DNA of 64,000 nucleotides from Pedosphaera sp. (GCA_031414955.1 JANOQV010000105.1:9090-73089); one strand, 5' to 3'. Numbered from the stretch's first letter, positions 46,110-55,881 are shown. The notes: generated by a model from the sequence alone, not told the origin. A program made the numbers and translations.

Positions 46110-46865
46110 ATGTTGCTGCGAATCAGTTTAATTTTGGCGATCCTGGCCGGTCTCGGCACGATCGCGGTCATCCACACCAAGACCCGCGAGCACATCAACG
46201 GCATCCGGACCGTGCGGGACGAAAACATTCAAGGCCGCGCGAAGGAAAAGGGCCGCGCGGAAAAAGCCGAGAAGGAACTGGCCTCCACCAAGGACACTCT
46301 CACTCAGACCAAAGACACCCTGGCCAAGACCGAGGAGGAATTGAACGGAGCCAAGCAGCGTCTCGTCGTCGCGGAGGAAAGCATCGGCAAACTGAAGGGT
46401 GAGTTGGCCGGTGCCGTAGAGAGCCGGAAGAAGGCCGAGGCTGACTTGGCCAAGTGGAGCTCGCTGGGGCTTACCCCCGAGCAGGTGGTGGAACTAGGCA
46501 AAAAGGAAAAAGCGCAAAAGGATGCCATCGCCGCGTTGGAGGACGAGAAGTTGATTTTGGCGCGCAATGCCAAGGAACTCCAAAACAGGCTCGACATTCT
46601 CCTGGGGGGCGATGAATTCGTCGTCAAACTCCCGGCCAACACCAAAGGCAACATTATGGCGGTTGATCCCAAGTGGAATTTCGTCGTGGTCGATCTCGGC
46701 AAGAACAAGGAAATGCTCGAAGGCGGCGTCCTCATGGTGCATCGCAACAGCCAACTCGTCGGCAAGGTCCGCATCCGCGAAGTGCAGGCCGACCGCTGCG
46801 TGGCCACGGTGATGCCCGGCTGGCAATTGGGCGAAATCGAAGAAGGCGATCAGGTCATTTACTGA
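46110..46865 (+). CDS. TM-anchored coiled-coil protein with C-terminal beta-barrel-like domain (TolA/TonB-like architecture)
   Basis: 251 aa. TM ISLILAILAGLGTIAVIH with a His, K/E/A-rich coiled coil, and C-terminal GNIMAVDPKWNFVVVDLG...GGVLMVHR..QLVGKVRI.EV....VATV......IEEGDQV. Confidence 0.55.
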   Translation: MLLRISLILAILAGLGTIAVIHTKTREHINGIRTVRDENIQGRAKEKGRAEKAEKELASTKDTLTQTKDTLAKTEEELNGAKQRLVVAEESIGKLKGELAGAVESRKKAEADLAKWSSLGLTPEQVVELGKKEKAQKDAIAALEDEKLILARNAKELQNRLDILLGGDEFVVKLPANTKGNIMAVDPKWNFVVVDLGKNKEMLEGGVLMVHRNSQLVGKVRIREVQADRCVATVMPGWQLGEIEEGDQVIY

Positions 46866-46866
46866 A

Positions 46867-47025
46867 ATGAACTTGTTCCGATTAATTTTTCTCTGTGCCG
46901 CCGTCGTTGCCGCCTGCACGGGATGCAAGACCTCTCCGGAGCCGGAGAACGCTTCCGAGCGTCCCTGGAACGGCCAGCGCGGCTGGGAGCACGGACTGCC
47001 AGCGGGCATCAATCAGGGACGGTAA
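46867..47025 (+). CDS. 52-aa candidate lipoprotein (not in ORF track)
   Basis: Read directly: MNLFRLIFLCAAVVAACTGCKTSPEPENASERPWNGQRGWEHGLPAGINQGR. The ATG lies 1 nt after the stop of the previous gene. Lipobox-like VAAC. Confidence 0.45.
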   Translation: MNLFRLIFLCAAVVAACTGCKTSPEPENASERPWNGQRGWEHGLPAGINQGR

Positions 47026-47115
47026 ACCTCGGCAGTTTTTCCCGTTCTCCTTCGATTCATTTCGGCGGCATGACTTCAATTGACAGCCCGCGCACCCTTT
47101 CCGCACTCTAGTTCC

Positions 47116-48024
47116 ATGTCGAAACCCGCTCTTGGCCGTGGACTCGGCGCGCTGCTCGGGAATACGCCCGTGGCACCCGCCATGCCGGCCAATCCCCCCC
47201 CTGCCCCGGTCGATGACCGAGATCGTGTCTTGCGCGTCAAGCTCGACCGCATCAAGCCCAGCCCGCTCCAACCCCGCAAAGATTTCACTCCGGAGGCGTT
47301 GCAGGAACTGGCCGCCTCGATCAAGGAGCAAGGCATTGTGCAACCACTCATCGTGCGCGATCAAAAGACGCACTACGAACTCATCGCCGGCGAACGCCGC
47401 TGGCGCGCGGCGCAGTTGCTCATGCTGGCCGACGTGCCGGTCATCGTGCGCCAGGCCGACGATCGTTCGGTCCTCGAACTGGCGTTGATTGAAAATCTGC
47501 AGCGCGAGAATCTGAACCCGATGGAGGAGGCGCTCGGTTACTCGCAACTCATCGGGCAATTCCAACTGCGCCAGGAAGATGTCGCGACCAAAGTGGGCAA
47601 GAGCCGCGTGGCCGTGGCCAACGCCCTGCGCCTGCTCAAGCTTGCCCCCGAGGTTCAGATTTACGTGCGCGATGGCCGCCTCTCCGTCGGACACGCCAAA
47701 GTGATCTTGTCCCTGGCGCTGGGCGAGCAGCAGAAGCTCGCCGCCGAGCGCGTGCTCAAGAACGGTCTGACCGTGCGCCAGGTTGAGGAACTGGTCTCGC
47801 ACTTGCAGAACCAGCCCGCAGCGACGTCCGGCACCCCGATGCCGGCCGGACTTCCAGCCATTCGTGACCTGCACGTCGTCGCGGTGGAGAACAAGATTCG
47901 CGAGCGCTTCGGCACCAAGGTCCAGTTGCGCTACCGCCAGGGTAAAGGCTCCATCGAAGTGAAGTTCTACAGCGAAGCCGACCTGGATCGAATCCTCAAC
48001 GTCATTGGAGTTAAACCCGACTGA
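47116..48024 (+). CDS. parB: Chromosome partitioning protein ParB/Spo0J
   Basis: ATG at 47116 within ORF 47080..48024. MSKPALGRGLGALL, PRKDF..E.L.ELA.SI...G..QP..VR, ELIAGERRWRAA and ENLQRE.L.P.EEA motifs. Confidence 0.9.
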   Translation: MSKPALGRGLGALLGNTPVAPAMPANPPPAPVDDRDRVLRVKLDRIKPSPLQPRKDFTPEALQELAASIKEQGIVQPLIVRDQKTHYELIAGERRWRAAQLLMLADVPVIVRQADDRSVLELALIENLQRENLNPMEEALGYSQLIGQFQLRQEDVATKVGKSRVAVANALRLLKLAPEVQIYVRDGRLSVGHAKVILSLALGEQQKLAAERVLKNGLTVRQVEELVSHLQNQPAATSGTPMPAGLPAIRDLHVVAVENKIRERFGTKVQLRYRQGKGSIEVKFYSEADLDRILNVIGVKPD

Positions 48025-49157
48025 TGCTTGCCTTGCCCCAGGAACTGCGCGAGCAGTGCGCCAAACAACTGCTCGCCTCGGCAGAAAAAGCCAGCCAACT
48101 CACGGCCTTCGTCGGACTGGATGGCTTCGTCGATGAGATCCTCCATCTCGTCGATGTGCGCCACAACGCGGCCGAGTTCGAGCGCCTCCCGACCATCGCG
48201 CGATTGGCGGAACGGCTGGCCGGCGCCGCCGGCCAGAGCACCAACCTCGAGGCCGTGACCCAGCGCGTGAAGCTCGGTGGCAACGGACCCATCATGGCCA
48301 ATGCGCTTTGCCGCTTCGGCGTGAAAGTCACTTATGTCGGCGCGCTCGGTTATCCGAGCCTGCATCCGGTGTTCGCTGACTTCGCCGCCAGCGCCGAGGT
48401 GCATTCCATCGCCCCGCCGGGACTGACTGACGCCTATGAGTTCCAGGACGGCAAGGTGATGATCGGCAAGACCGTGCAACTGGGCGAAATCACCTGGGAG
48501 AACATCCAGTTGCGCGTCGGCCGCAAATGGTTCGCCGATAAATTCTTCAGCTCGGACCTCGTGGCCTTCGTGAACTGGACCATGATCCCGTTCATGAGCG
48601 ACATCTGGGAAGCCGTGCAAAAGGAACTCTGCCCGGCCAGTAAAGTCCGGCGGCGGAAAATCTTCTTCGACCTGGCCGATCCCGAGAAGCGGACCCAGGA
48701 GGACATCGGGCGCGCGCTGAAATTGATCGAAGGATTCCGCGCCTACTTCGACGTGATCCTCGGGCTGAACGAAAAGGAGGCGAGGGAACTGGGCGCGGTG
48801 CTCGGTCTCGGCGAGGACACGAGTTCGCGCGCCGCTCTCTCCAGCCTGGCTCGCAAAATCCGGCAGACGACCGGCGTGGACACGCTGGTCGTGCATCCGG
48901 TGACTTACGCCGTGGCGGTCACGGGCGATGATTGTGAAATCGTGGACGGCCCGTTCATCGCCCAACCGCTGATCACCACCGGGGCCGGCGATCATTTCAA
49001 CGCCGGCTTCTGCCTCGGCAAATCCCTCGGCCTGGACGACGAAATGTCCTTGCTGGCCGGCGTGACCACGAGCGGCTTCTACGTCCGCAACGCGCAAAGC
49101 CCGCGCCTCACCGATCTCGCCGACATGATGCGGCACTGGCCCAGCAAAGAATCGTGA
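48024..49157 (+). CDS. PfkB-like carbohydrate kinase family protein
   Basis: 377 aa. C-terminal ITTGAGDHFNAGF matches the PfkB anion-hole motif. The start overlaps the parB stop by 1 nt. Confidence 0.65.
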   Translation: MLALPQELREQCAKQLLASAEKASQLTAFVGLDGFVDEILHLVDVRHNAAEFERLPTIARLAERLAGAAGQSTNLEAVTQRVKLGGNGPIMANALCRFGVKVTYVGALGYPSLHPVFADFAASAEVHSIAPPGLTDAYEFQDGKVMIGKTVQLGEITWENIQLRVGRKWFADKFFSSDLVAFVNWTMIPFMSDIWEAVQKELCPASKVRRRKIFFDLADPEKRTQEDIGRALKLIEGFRAYFDVILGLNEKEARELGAVLGLGEDTSSRAALSSLARKIRQTTGVDTLVVHPVTYAVAVTGDDCEIVDGPFIAQPLITTGAGDHFNAGFCLGKSLGLDDEMSLLAGVTTSGFYVRNAQSPRLTDLADMMRHWPSKES

Positions 49158-49726
49158 AACTGCCCATCCACAAATTTGGCGATCCGATCCTCCGGCGCAA
49201 AGGCGCGCGGATCGAGAAGATCACTCCCGAGATCCAGAAGTTCGTCGCCGACATGTTCGACACCATGTACGACGCGCGCGGCGTGGGCCTGGCTGCGCAG
49301 CAGGTCGGCCAGGCTTTGCAAGTCACGGTCATCGACGTGCGGGGCATCAAGGATCGTCCCTCGACCATGCACATCGCTGGCCAACCGGTTGATCTCGAAG
49401 CCCACATGCCTTTGGTCCTGATCAATCCCGAGTTGAAGCCCGGCCCGGACACTGTCAAAGGCCCGGAAGGCTGTCTCAGCTTCCCGGAAGTTTTTGCCGA
49501 CGTCATCCGACCCGCCGAAGTGGACGTGACGGCGATGAACAACCAAGGCGAGACGTATTCCTTCCGGGCCGGCGGACTGCTGGCCAAGGCCGTCCAACAC
49601 GAGTTCGATCACTTGCAGGGAATTCTCTTCATCGACCGCATGACCACCGAGGACAAAGCCGACGTGCGGGCCGAGATCGACCTGCTGGCGGAGGAGACCA
49701 AGGCGGAGTTGAAGAAGAAGCGGTGA
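49154..49726 (+). CDS. def: Peptide deformylase
   Basis: GVGLAAQQVG, EGCLSFP and QHEFDHLQG, the three deformylase motifs. GTG start overlapping the upstream stop. Confidence 0.92.
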   Translation: MKLPIHKFGDPILRRKGARIEKITPEIQKFVADMFDTMYDARGVGLAAQQVGQALQVTVIDVRGIKDRPSTMHIAGQPVDLEAHMPLVLINPELKPGPDTVKGPEGCLSFPEVFADVIRPAEVDVTAMNNQGETYSFRAGGLLAKAVQHEFDHLQGILFIDRMTTEDKADVRAEIDLLAEETKAELKKKR

Positions 49727-49770
49727 AGTGAAAATCCTGCGTCTGGTCGAGGCCCGAAGCACCCTTGCGC

Positions 49771-50517
49771 TTATCGGGCCGGAGCCGGAACCGGAGATCC
49801 GGCCTCAGCGCGCGGGCGCTTGGCCTTCTTCGACGCCTTGAAAATGTCGCCGAGGGCAGGAAACAGATTTTCGCGCACCACCTCGTTCGTGGACAGCACG
49901 GGCAGCAGCGCCCACATCAACTTGCCCGTGATGTCGTCTTGCGTTTTCAAGTTCTGCATCACGGCGTCCTTCAGGCCGATGTTGAGCACCTGATTCTTCC
50001 GGGCGTCTGCGAGGTCGGTAAACCTGAGCCGGTCGATGGTGAGATACAGAGTGTCGATGCCGTCGAAATTGTCCCCGGCGCTGGGGTCCTTCTCCTTGTT
50101 CCGGCGTTTGCGCTCCTGGGCGTGCTTATCCAGCAAGTCGAGATTGGAAACACCGTTCTTGTCCTTCACGAGGTGAAGTTCGGCCAGATGCACTCGCAGG
50201 GTCTTGAGCCGGATTTTCCCTTGGCCCGCCGCGTCGATGTCGTACTCCATGCGCATCTCGGGCAGATCGAGCAGGCTGCCGCCGCCGAAGCCAGCCGGGT
50301 TGTAAATCTTCAAGCCCTGCATGTTCATCGTGGGGGTGGCCAGGCCCAGTTCCATTCTCGTGATCTGCGCGTCCATGCCGGTGCCGTCGCGCAGGTTCCG
50401 TTCCGTGAGGGTTTTGGCCAGCACGTCCTTGAGCAGCACCAACGCCACCACCAGCAGCACGCCGCTAAAAATCAGCGTGACGGTGGCGCGGATGATCCAG
50501 CGTAGAATCGTTCTCAT
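49771..50517 (-). CDS. Membrane-anchored hypothetical protein
   Basis: ATG at 50517 within ORF 49771..50658. N-terminal TM (ATVTLIFSGVLLVVALVLL). Faintly AsmA-like; no firm motif. Confidence 0.5.
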   Translation of the reverse strand: MRTILRWIIRATVTLIFSGVLLVVALVLLKDVLAKTLTERNLRDGTGMDAQITRMELGLATPTMNMQGLKIYNPAGFGGGSLLDLPEMRMEYDIDAAGQGKIRLKTLRVHLAELHLVKDKNGVSNLDLLDKHAQERKRRNKEKDPSAGDNFDGIDTLYLTIDRLRFTDLADARKNQVLNIGLKDAVMQNLKTQDDITGKLMWALLPVLSTNEVVRENLFPALGDIFKASKKAKRPRAEAGSPVPAPAR

Positions 50518-50617
50518 GTAACTTGGTCCACAATCCTGACCGATGGCCGTCCCGAGGCCGATGGCCCCGGCCCCGAAGTCCAGGACACCAACGGTTGGTC
50601 GCATCTCCTTGTCACCT

Positions 50618-51256
50618 TCAGAGCGGAATGTCCTCCGGCCGAACTTCCAGGCACTCATCCTGATCCTCCCAAATCACGGCCGCGTAACTCTCCAGCAACC
50701 TGGGCGCAAGCGTTTGCCCAGCGGTGGCCAGCAGACGCTCCGCCGTCTGCGCGGCCTCCTCCAGTTTGTCCTGATAACCGCCGCCTCGCTTCTGCTTCTC
50801 CTTCTCCCAATGCGCCACGCCGTGGACCGGCGCGTAGTCGTCAGCCCATTGGGCCAGCTCAGTTTGGAGCGCGGACGGAATGTCTTCAAACGCCACGGCC
50901 GTGCCGCCGCAATGCGTGCAGCCCAGGCCCGACTCCTTCACATCGCGCGTCAGCAACGGCACCAGCGGCGCGCGGCAACACTCCGCTTCGAGATAAGCGG
51001 CCGGCAGGGTGGCCAACCGTCGCAATGAGAGTCCCCGGTCATGCGCCGTTTGCGCCGCGAGCCGGTAGGCACCGAGCAACGGGTGCGAGAGACGCCAGGT
51101 CCGGCCTTCCAACTGGCCGAGCGTCTGCGCCATCCACCGCGCCAGCTTCAAGTCGTCGAACTCTTTGAAGACGTTCGCGTACTCCTGCCAAAGTTTGTCG
51201 AGAGGTGATTCCGGATTGCCCGCCATTGGCGCGGACGTTCCGGGTTCACCGGGCAA
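50618..51256 (-). CDS. Hypothetical protein with CC...C..C cysteine cluster
   Basis: 212 aa (alternative ATG at 51226). ECCRAP...GCTHCGG suggests a zinc-ribbon. No recognised family. Confidence 0.5.
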   Translation of the reverse strand: MPGEPGTSAPMAGNPESPLDKLWQEYANVFKEFDDLKLARWMAQTLGQLEGRTWRLSHPLLGAYRLAAQTAHDRGLSLRRLATLPAAYLEAECCRAPLVPLLTRDVKESGLGCTHCGGTAVAFEDIPSALQTELAQWADDYAPVHGVAHWEKEKQKRGGGYQDKLEEAAQTAERLLATAGQTLAPRLLESYAAVIWEDQDECLEVRPEDIPL

Positions 51257-51468
51257 AGTTCAAGGGTGAAGGCGCGAGGAGAATGACTGCGCGTGCTGTT
51301 CGGCCCGGTGGCCGGTTAGCCAGCGGGGCGGGGCGCACTGGTGGCGATGAGACAATTTCCACCTTGCCGGCACGGGTCGTTGAGACTTTCCAGATGCACC
51401 GACTTTGACGATCTCGGCAACTCTCAACTTCCAACCTTGAACCTCCTCTGCTACCAACGGCGCGCTCA

Positions 51469-52542
51469 ATGCGCAGTGAATTGAACAACGCCCAACGAAT
51501 CGTCGTGAAGCTCGGCACGGCCGTGCTCACGGACCAACACAAGCAGCCCGACCTCGCCCAAATGGGGCAGCTCGTGGCGCAAATGTCTCAACTCCGCAAA
51601 GACGGGAAGGAAGTCGTCATCGTCACCTCCGGCGCGGTCGGCGCAGGCATGGGCGTGCTCGGATACGAGGACCGGCCCAGCTCGGTCGCGGAACAGCAGG
51701 CCTGCGCGGCCGTCGGCCAGTCGCGGCTCATGGCGACTTACGAGAAGCTCTTTGCCCACTACGGTTTGCACGTCGGGCAAGTGTTGGTCACGCACGCGGA
51801 CTTGCAGGACGAGCAACGCCATCGCAACGCGCGCAACACTCTCACCACCCTGCTCCGCCGCGGCGTCATCCCCGTCATCAACGAGAACGACGCCGTCTCC
51901 ACCACCGAGCTGAAGTTCGGCGACAACGACAAGCTCTCCGCGCTCATCGCCGCGCTGCTGCCGGCGGATCTGCTGGTGATTCTCACCAGCGTGGACGGGG
52001 TGATTGAACACTTTGGCAAGGCGAACGCGCGGCGGCTGTCCGTGATCGAGTCCATCGACGGACAGATCGAATCGATAGCCGGCGGAACAACGAGCGCGAC
52101 GGCGGTGGGCGGGATGAAGTCGAAAATTCAAGCGGCGAAGATTGTCGTCCGCAGCGGCATCCCGCTGATCATCGCACCGGGACGTGGCAAGAAAGTGCTC
52201 GCCGAAATCATGGCAGGCGAAGATGTCGGCACACTGTTCCAACCGCAGCCTGGCAAACTGCGCGGACGCAAGCGCTGGATCGCATTTTTTCATCATCCGC
52301 AGGGCGCAGTCATCGTGGACGCAGGCGCGCGACGCGCGCTCGTCGAGAACGGCCGCAGCCTGCTGCCGCCCGGCGTGACCCGCTGTGAAGGCACGTTCGC
52401 CGCCGGCGACATCGTGAGCATCTGCGACGGCGACGGCCTGGAGTTTGCGCGCGGCATCGCACGCTGCGGCGCGGCGGAGATCAGCGAGCGCAAGGCGGCG
52501 CGCGGTGAAGTCGTGCATCGGGATGACTTGGTAATTCTGTGA
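51469..52542 (+). CDS. proB: Glutamate 5-kinase with PUA domain
   Basis: IVVKLGT..LT, VIVTSGAVGAG, PVINENDAV. C-terminal PUA (VDAGA..AL...G.SLLP.GV). Confidence 0.92.
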   Translation: MRSELNNAQRIVVKLGTAVLTDQHKQPDLAQMGQLVAQMSQLRKDGKEVVIVTSGAVGAGMGVLGYEDRPSSVAEQQACAAVGQSRLMATYEKLFAHYGLHVGQVLVTHADLQDEQRHRNARNTLTTLLRRGVIPVINENDAVSTTELKFGDNDKLSALIAALLPADLLVILTSVDGVIEHFGKANARRLSVIESIDGQIESIAGGTTSATAVGGMKSKIQAAKIVVRSGIPLIIAPGRGKKVLAEIMAGEDVGTLFQPQPGKLRGRKRWIAFFHHPQGAVIVDAGARRALVENGRSLLPPGVTRCEGTFAAGDIVSICDGDGLEFARGIARCGAAEISERKAARGEVVHRDDLVIL

Positions 52543-53195
52543 AAAGGAAATCCCCCGCCATCAACGACCTGCTCGCCGTCATGGCAAAACTCCGCTCGCC
52601 CAAGGGCTGCCCGTGGGACCGCGAGCAGGATCACATGACCCTGCGCTTTCACGCGGTCGAGGAAGTCTATGAACTGATGGACGCCATCGAAGCCGGCGAC
52701 GATCACGAGATGGCGGAGGAACTGGGCGACCTCTTGCTGCAAGTCGTCTTTCATTGCCAGCTCGCGCGCGAGCGCGGCGCGTTCGACTTCGAAAAGGTGG
52801 CGCGCATCATCACGGACAAGCTCATCCGCCGCCACCCGCACGTCTTCGGCGACGTGAAGGTGAAGAACGTCGCCCAGGTCTGGGCCAACTGGGAGCAGAT
52901 CAAGCGGGCCGAGAAGAAGGGCACGAAACATGACCGGCCCTCGGCCTTCGACGGCATCCCGAAACACCTCCCCGCCCTGCTCCGCGCCGAGAAACTGGTG
53001 AAGAAGGCGCGCAAGGCGAAGGTGTTTGGTGAATTGAAGGGCGGACCGAAGTTCTCACGTCAGGATGTCAGTCGCGCGCTCTTTGCCGCGGTGGAAATGG
53101 CCCAGCAACGCGGCTGGTCCGCCGAGGAATTGCTGCGCGCAGAAACCAAGCGATGGGAGCGCGTGTGGCGCAAGATGGAGGCGAAGAAACCTTAG
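52539..53195 (+). CDS. mazG: Nucleoside triphosphate pyrophosphohydrolase MazG
   Basis: LR.P.GCPWD.EQ......EE.YE..DAIE, EELGDLLLQVVFH, RHPHVFG. GTG start overlapping the proB stop. Confidence 0.85.
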   Translation: MKRKSPAINDLLAVMAKLRSPKGCPWDREQDHMTLRFHAVEEVYELMDAIEAGDDHEMAEELGDLLLQVVFHCQLARERGAFDFEKVARIITDKLIRRHPHVFGDVKVKNVAQVWANWEQIKRAEKKGTKHDRPSAFDGIPKHLPALLRAEKLVKKARKAKVFGELKGGPKFSRQDVSRALFAAVEMAQQRGWSAEELLRAETKRWERVWRKMEAKKP

Positions 53196-53215
53196 CGCCA
53201 AAGCCGCGGCAGCAA

Positions 53216-53369
53216 GTAGCCCACAGCGTGAACTGTGGGCCACGAGTCATCAAAGATTTCAGCCCCGGCGGGGCGAAAGAACTTTGGCCCGATGGGAGTC
53301 TCTATCTTGCGCCCCGCTGGGTCTTGAGCCTTCTCGTGCGCTGATCCCACGGCTGACGCCGTGGGCTAC
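53216..53369. repeat. Intergenic element bounded by 13-nt inverted repeats, with two internal hairpins
   Basis: GTAGCCCACAGCG (53216..53228) against CGCCGTGGGCTAC (53357..53369). Hairpins GCCCACAG..CTGTGGGC (53218..53239) and CCCACGGC..GCCGTGGG (53346..53365). Confidence 0.45.
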
Positions 53370-53432
53370 TCTCCAACGCCGCTCTGCGGCTCCAGTGTCG
53401 AGTCCACGCGCAACTGCACCCGTCTTGTCCTG

Positions 53433-54308
53433 CTAAAACTTCACACCTTCGAGATACTTCAAACTGCCCGGCATGTGCCGCGCGGCCTCATCCGCCTCGT
53501 CTTCGATGAAGTACCATTTCACATCCGCCTTTTTCGCCGCCGCGAGAATGGCCGGCCAGTCCATGACGCCGGTGCCGAGTTCCACGTCGTTGTTCACATC
53601 GGACTTGCCGGTGAGGTCGCCCTTGGTGCCGATCTTCATATCCTTGACGTGCATCAGCTCGAAACGGCTGCCGTACTTGTTGAGCAGCTTGACCGGGTCC
53701 TGGCCGGGATGGACGACCCAGAAGACATCCATCTCGTAGCTCACCAGCTTGGGATCGGTCTCAGCCATGATGAGGTCGAAGAGCGTGCCGTTGCCGTGCG
53801 GACGGAACTCATAGCCGTGCGTGTGGTAGAAGAATTTGATGCCGTGCTCGGCCAGCGCCTTGCCGGCTGCGTTGAACACCGCCGCTGCGTCGCGCGCTTC
53901 CTTCTCATCGAAGTCACCCTGGTGCGGAATCCACGCGCAGCCGGCGAACTTCAAGCCCAGTTCCTCGGCCAGATGCGCCACGCCGTGGGCGTTGGTGCGA
54001 TACATGTCGTAGGAAAAATGGCCGCTGACCGCATTCAACCCGTTGGACTTGAGCAGGGCGAGGAAAGGCTCCGGCTTCATGTCGTAAGTGCCGGCGAGTT
54101 CCACGTCCTTGAAGCCGAAGGTCGCAACCCGGGCCATCGTGCCCGGCACGTCCTTCTTGAAATCCGCGCGCAAGCTGTAGAGTTGGAGGCCAATCGGCCC
54201 CTTGAAACTCGCGCCGGTCCCGGCAGTGGGAGCGCTGGCGCAGCCGGAGAACAGCAGCGCGGCCAGGACGGTTGAACCTACAACGGCGAACAAGGTGAAG
54301 TGCTTCAT
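53433..54308 (-). CDS. Lipoprotein, xylose-isomerase-like TIM-barrel (sugar phosphate isomerase/epimerase)
   Basis: ATG at 54308 within ORF 53433..54551. Signal/lipobox ALLFSGC. Motifs [21 protein letters not shown] and YFIEDE fit the family. Confidence 0.75.
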   Translation of the reverse strand: MKHFTLFAVVGSTVLAALLFSGCASAPTAGTGASFKGPIGLQLYSLRADFKKDVPGTMARVATFGFKDVELAGTYDMKPEPFLALLKSNGLNAVSGHFSYDMYRTNAHGVAHLAEELGLKFAGCAWIPHQGDFDEKEARDAAAVFNAAGKALAEHGIKFFYHTHGYEFRPHGNGTLFDLIMAETDPKLVSYEMDVFWVVHPGQDPVKLLNKYGSRFELMHVKDMKIGTKGDLTGKSDVNNDVELGTGVMDWPAILAAAKKADVKWYFIEDEADEAARHMPGSLKYLEGVKF

Positions 54309-54405
54309 GCGCGGATTAAGCCGAAGCGGCGCACGGCCCGCAAGTGGAGTTTGGTGTTGGCCCCGCCCCGGCGCATCCCTACGCTCGCGCCGAATTCCAA
54401 AAGGC

Positions 54406-55881
54406 ATGAACGACGCAAACACGACCGCCGCGGTTTCCTCCGATGCGCCCGCGCGCGAAGCGGAGACGCTCCGCGAGATCTCGCCCCAGCAATGGAAGTC
54501 CGGCACCGCCGCGTGGCTGGGCTGGCTCTTCGACGGGCTGGACATGCACATCTACACGCTGGTGGCGACGGCGTTCGTCGCGATTCTTCTGAACGGCGAC
54601 AGCTTCCGTTCGGAGTTCTCCAAGCTCGACGCGGATGGCAACAGCCAGATCACGATGCTCGAATGGGCCGGCGCAGAACAGTTCGCTCAAGCGGATCGAG
54701 ATGGGAGTGGAACCGTCTCGCGCGAAGAGCATGAAGTTTTCGCCGCGCGCAGCCACACCGGCGATCAGGCGACGAAGGAGAAAAGCTCGTGGATTCAGGC
54801 GGCGTTCCTCGTCGGCTGGGCGCTGGGCGGGGCGTTCTTCGGGCGCATTGGCGATTTGCTCGGACGCAGCCGCGCGCTCTGCCTCACGGTCCTGACTTAT
54901 GCACTGTTTACCGGCCTCTCGTTCTTCGCGCAAGAATGGTGGCATCTGCTCATCTTCCGTTTTCTCGCCGCGCTTGGCATTGGTGGTGAATGGGCCGTCG
55001 GCTCCACGTTGCTCGCCGAGACCTGGCCCAAACGCTGGCGGCCTTGGACGGCGGCCGTGTTGCAAACCGGGGTGAACCTCGGCGTGCTCGTCGCCTGCCT
55101 CGCGGGCGTGTTGCTCCAGGGGCGTCATCCGAAATGGATCTTCCTCATCGGCGTGGTGCCGGCGCTGCTCGTCTTCTGGATTCGCCGCCATGTCCCGGAG
55201 CCGGAAGCCTGGAGCGCGGCGGCGGCGAAAAAGGCGCGTCCACCCAGCGTGGGCGATTTGTTTCGCGGCCCCACGCGCCGGATCACCCTGGTCTCCATCC
55301 TGATCTGCGCGCTCGGCCTCACCGGATGGTGGGCCTTCATGTTCTGGCAGGCGCAACACGTCCGCAGCCTGCCCGAGGTCGTCGCGATGGGCGCGGGCGA
55401 GCGGGACCGGTTGGTCGCGGTCACCTTCGCCCTCATCATCAGCATCTCCATCATCGGGAACTTCGTGGCGGGCGCGCTGGCGAAAAGATTTGGCTACAAA
55501 ACCGCGCTCGTGATCATGTTCGGCGGATTCTTCGTCACCTTCCTCGCCACCTTCGGCCCGGAGCATCCGCTGCCGGCGCTGACCCGCTTCTGGCTGCCGG
55601 CGGTGGGATTCTGGAGCGGCTTGTTCGGACTGTTCACCATGCTGCTGCCGCCGCTCTTTCCGACCCTGCTGCGCACCACGGGCGCGGGCTTCTGCTACAA
55701 CATCGGCCGTATCGCCGCCGCCGCCGGCACGATCTTCGCCGCGCAGATTTCGCGCGGGGGCAACTTCCGACAGACGCTGTTCTACACCGGCTTCCTCTTC
55801 CTCCTCGCCATTCCCGCCGTGCTGCTGCTGCCCAAGTCCACCGGCGAGGAACCCGCGGCCGCCACGGAACCGGTGGATTGA
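54406..55881 (+). CDS. MFS transporter with EF-hand pair inserted between TM1 and TM2
   Basis: ATG at 54406 within ORF 54202..55881. MFS motifs [11 protein letters not shown] and [10 protein letters not shown], about 12 TMs. The loop after TM1 carries [12 protein letters not shown] and [12 protein letters not shown]. Confidence 0.8.
   Translation: MNDANTTAAVSSDAPAREAETLREISPQQWKSGTAAWLGWLFDGLDMHIYTLVATAFVAILLNGDSFRSEFSKLDADGNSQITMLEWAGAEQFAQADRDGSGTVSREEHEVFAARSHTGDQATKEKSSWIQAAFLVGWALGGAFFGRIGDLLGRSRALCLTVLTYALFTGLSFFAQEWWHLLIFRFLAALGIGGEWAVGSTLLAETWPKRWRPWTAAVLQTGVNLGVLVACLAGVLLQGRHPKWIFLIGVVPALLVFWIRRHVPEPEAWSAAAAKKARPPSVGDLFRGPTRRITLVSILICALGLTGWWAFMFWQAQHVRSLPEVVAMGAGERDRLVAVTFALIISISIIGNFVAGALAKRFGYKTALVIMFGGFFVTFLATFGPEHPLPALTRFWLPAVGFWSGLFGLFTMLLPPLFPTLLRTTGAGFCYNIGRIAAAAGTIFAAQISRGGNFRQTLFYTGFLFLLAIPAVLLLPKSTGEEPAAATEPVD

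Noticed and set aside
46865-48024. Search for a parS palindrome near parB
   Set aside because: No TGTTNCACGTGAAACA-like 16-mer was found by eye. Absence cannot be asserted without a computational scan.
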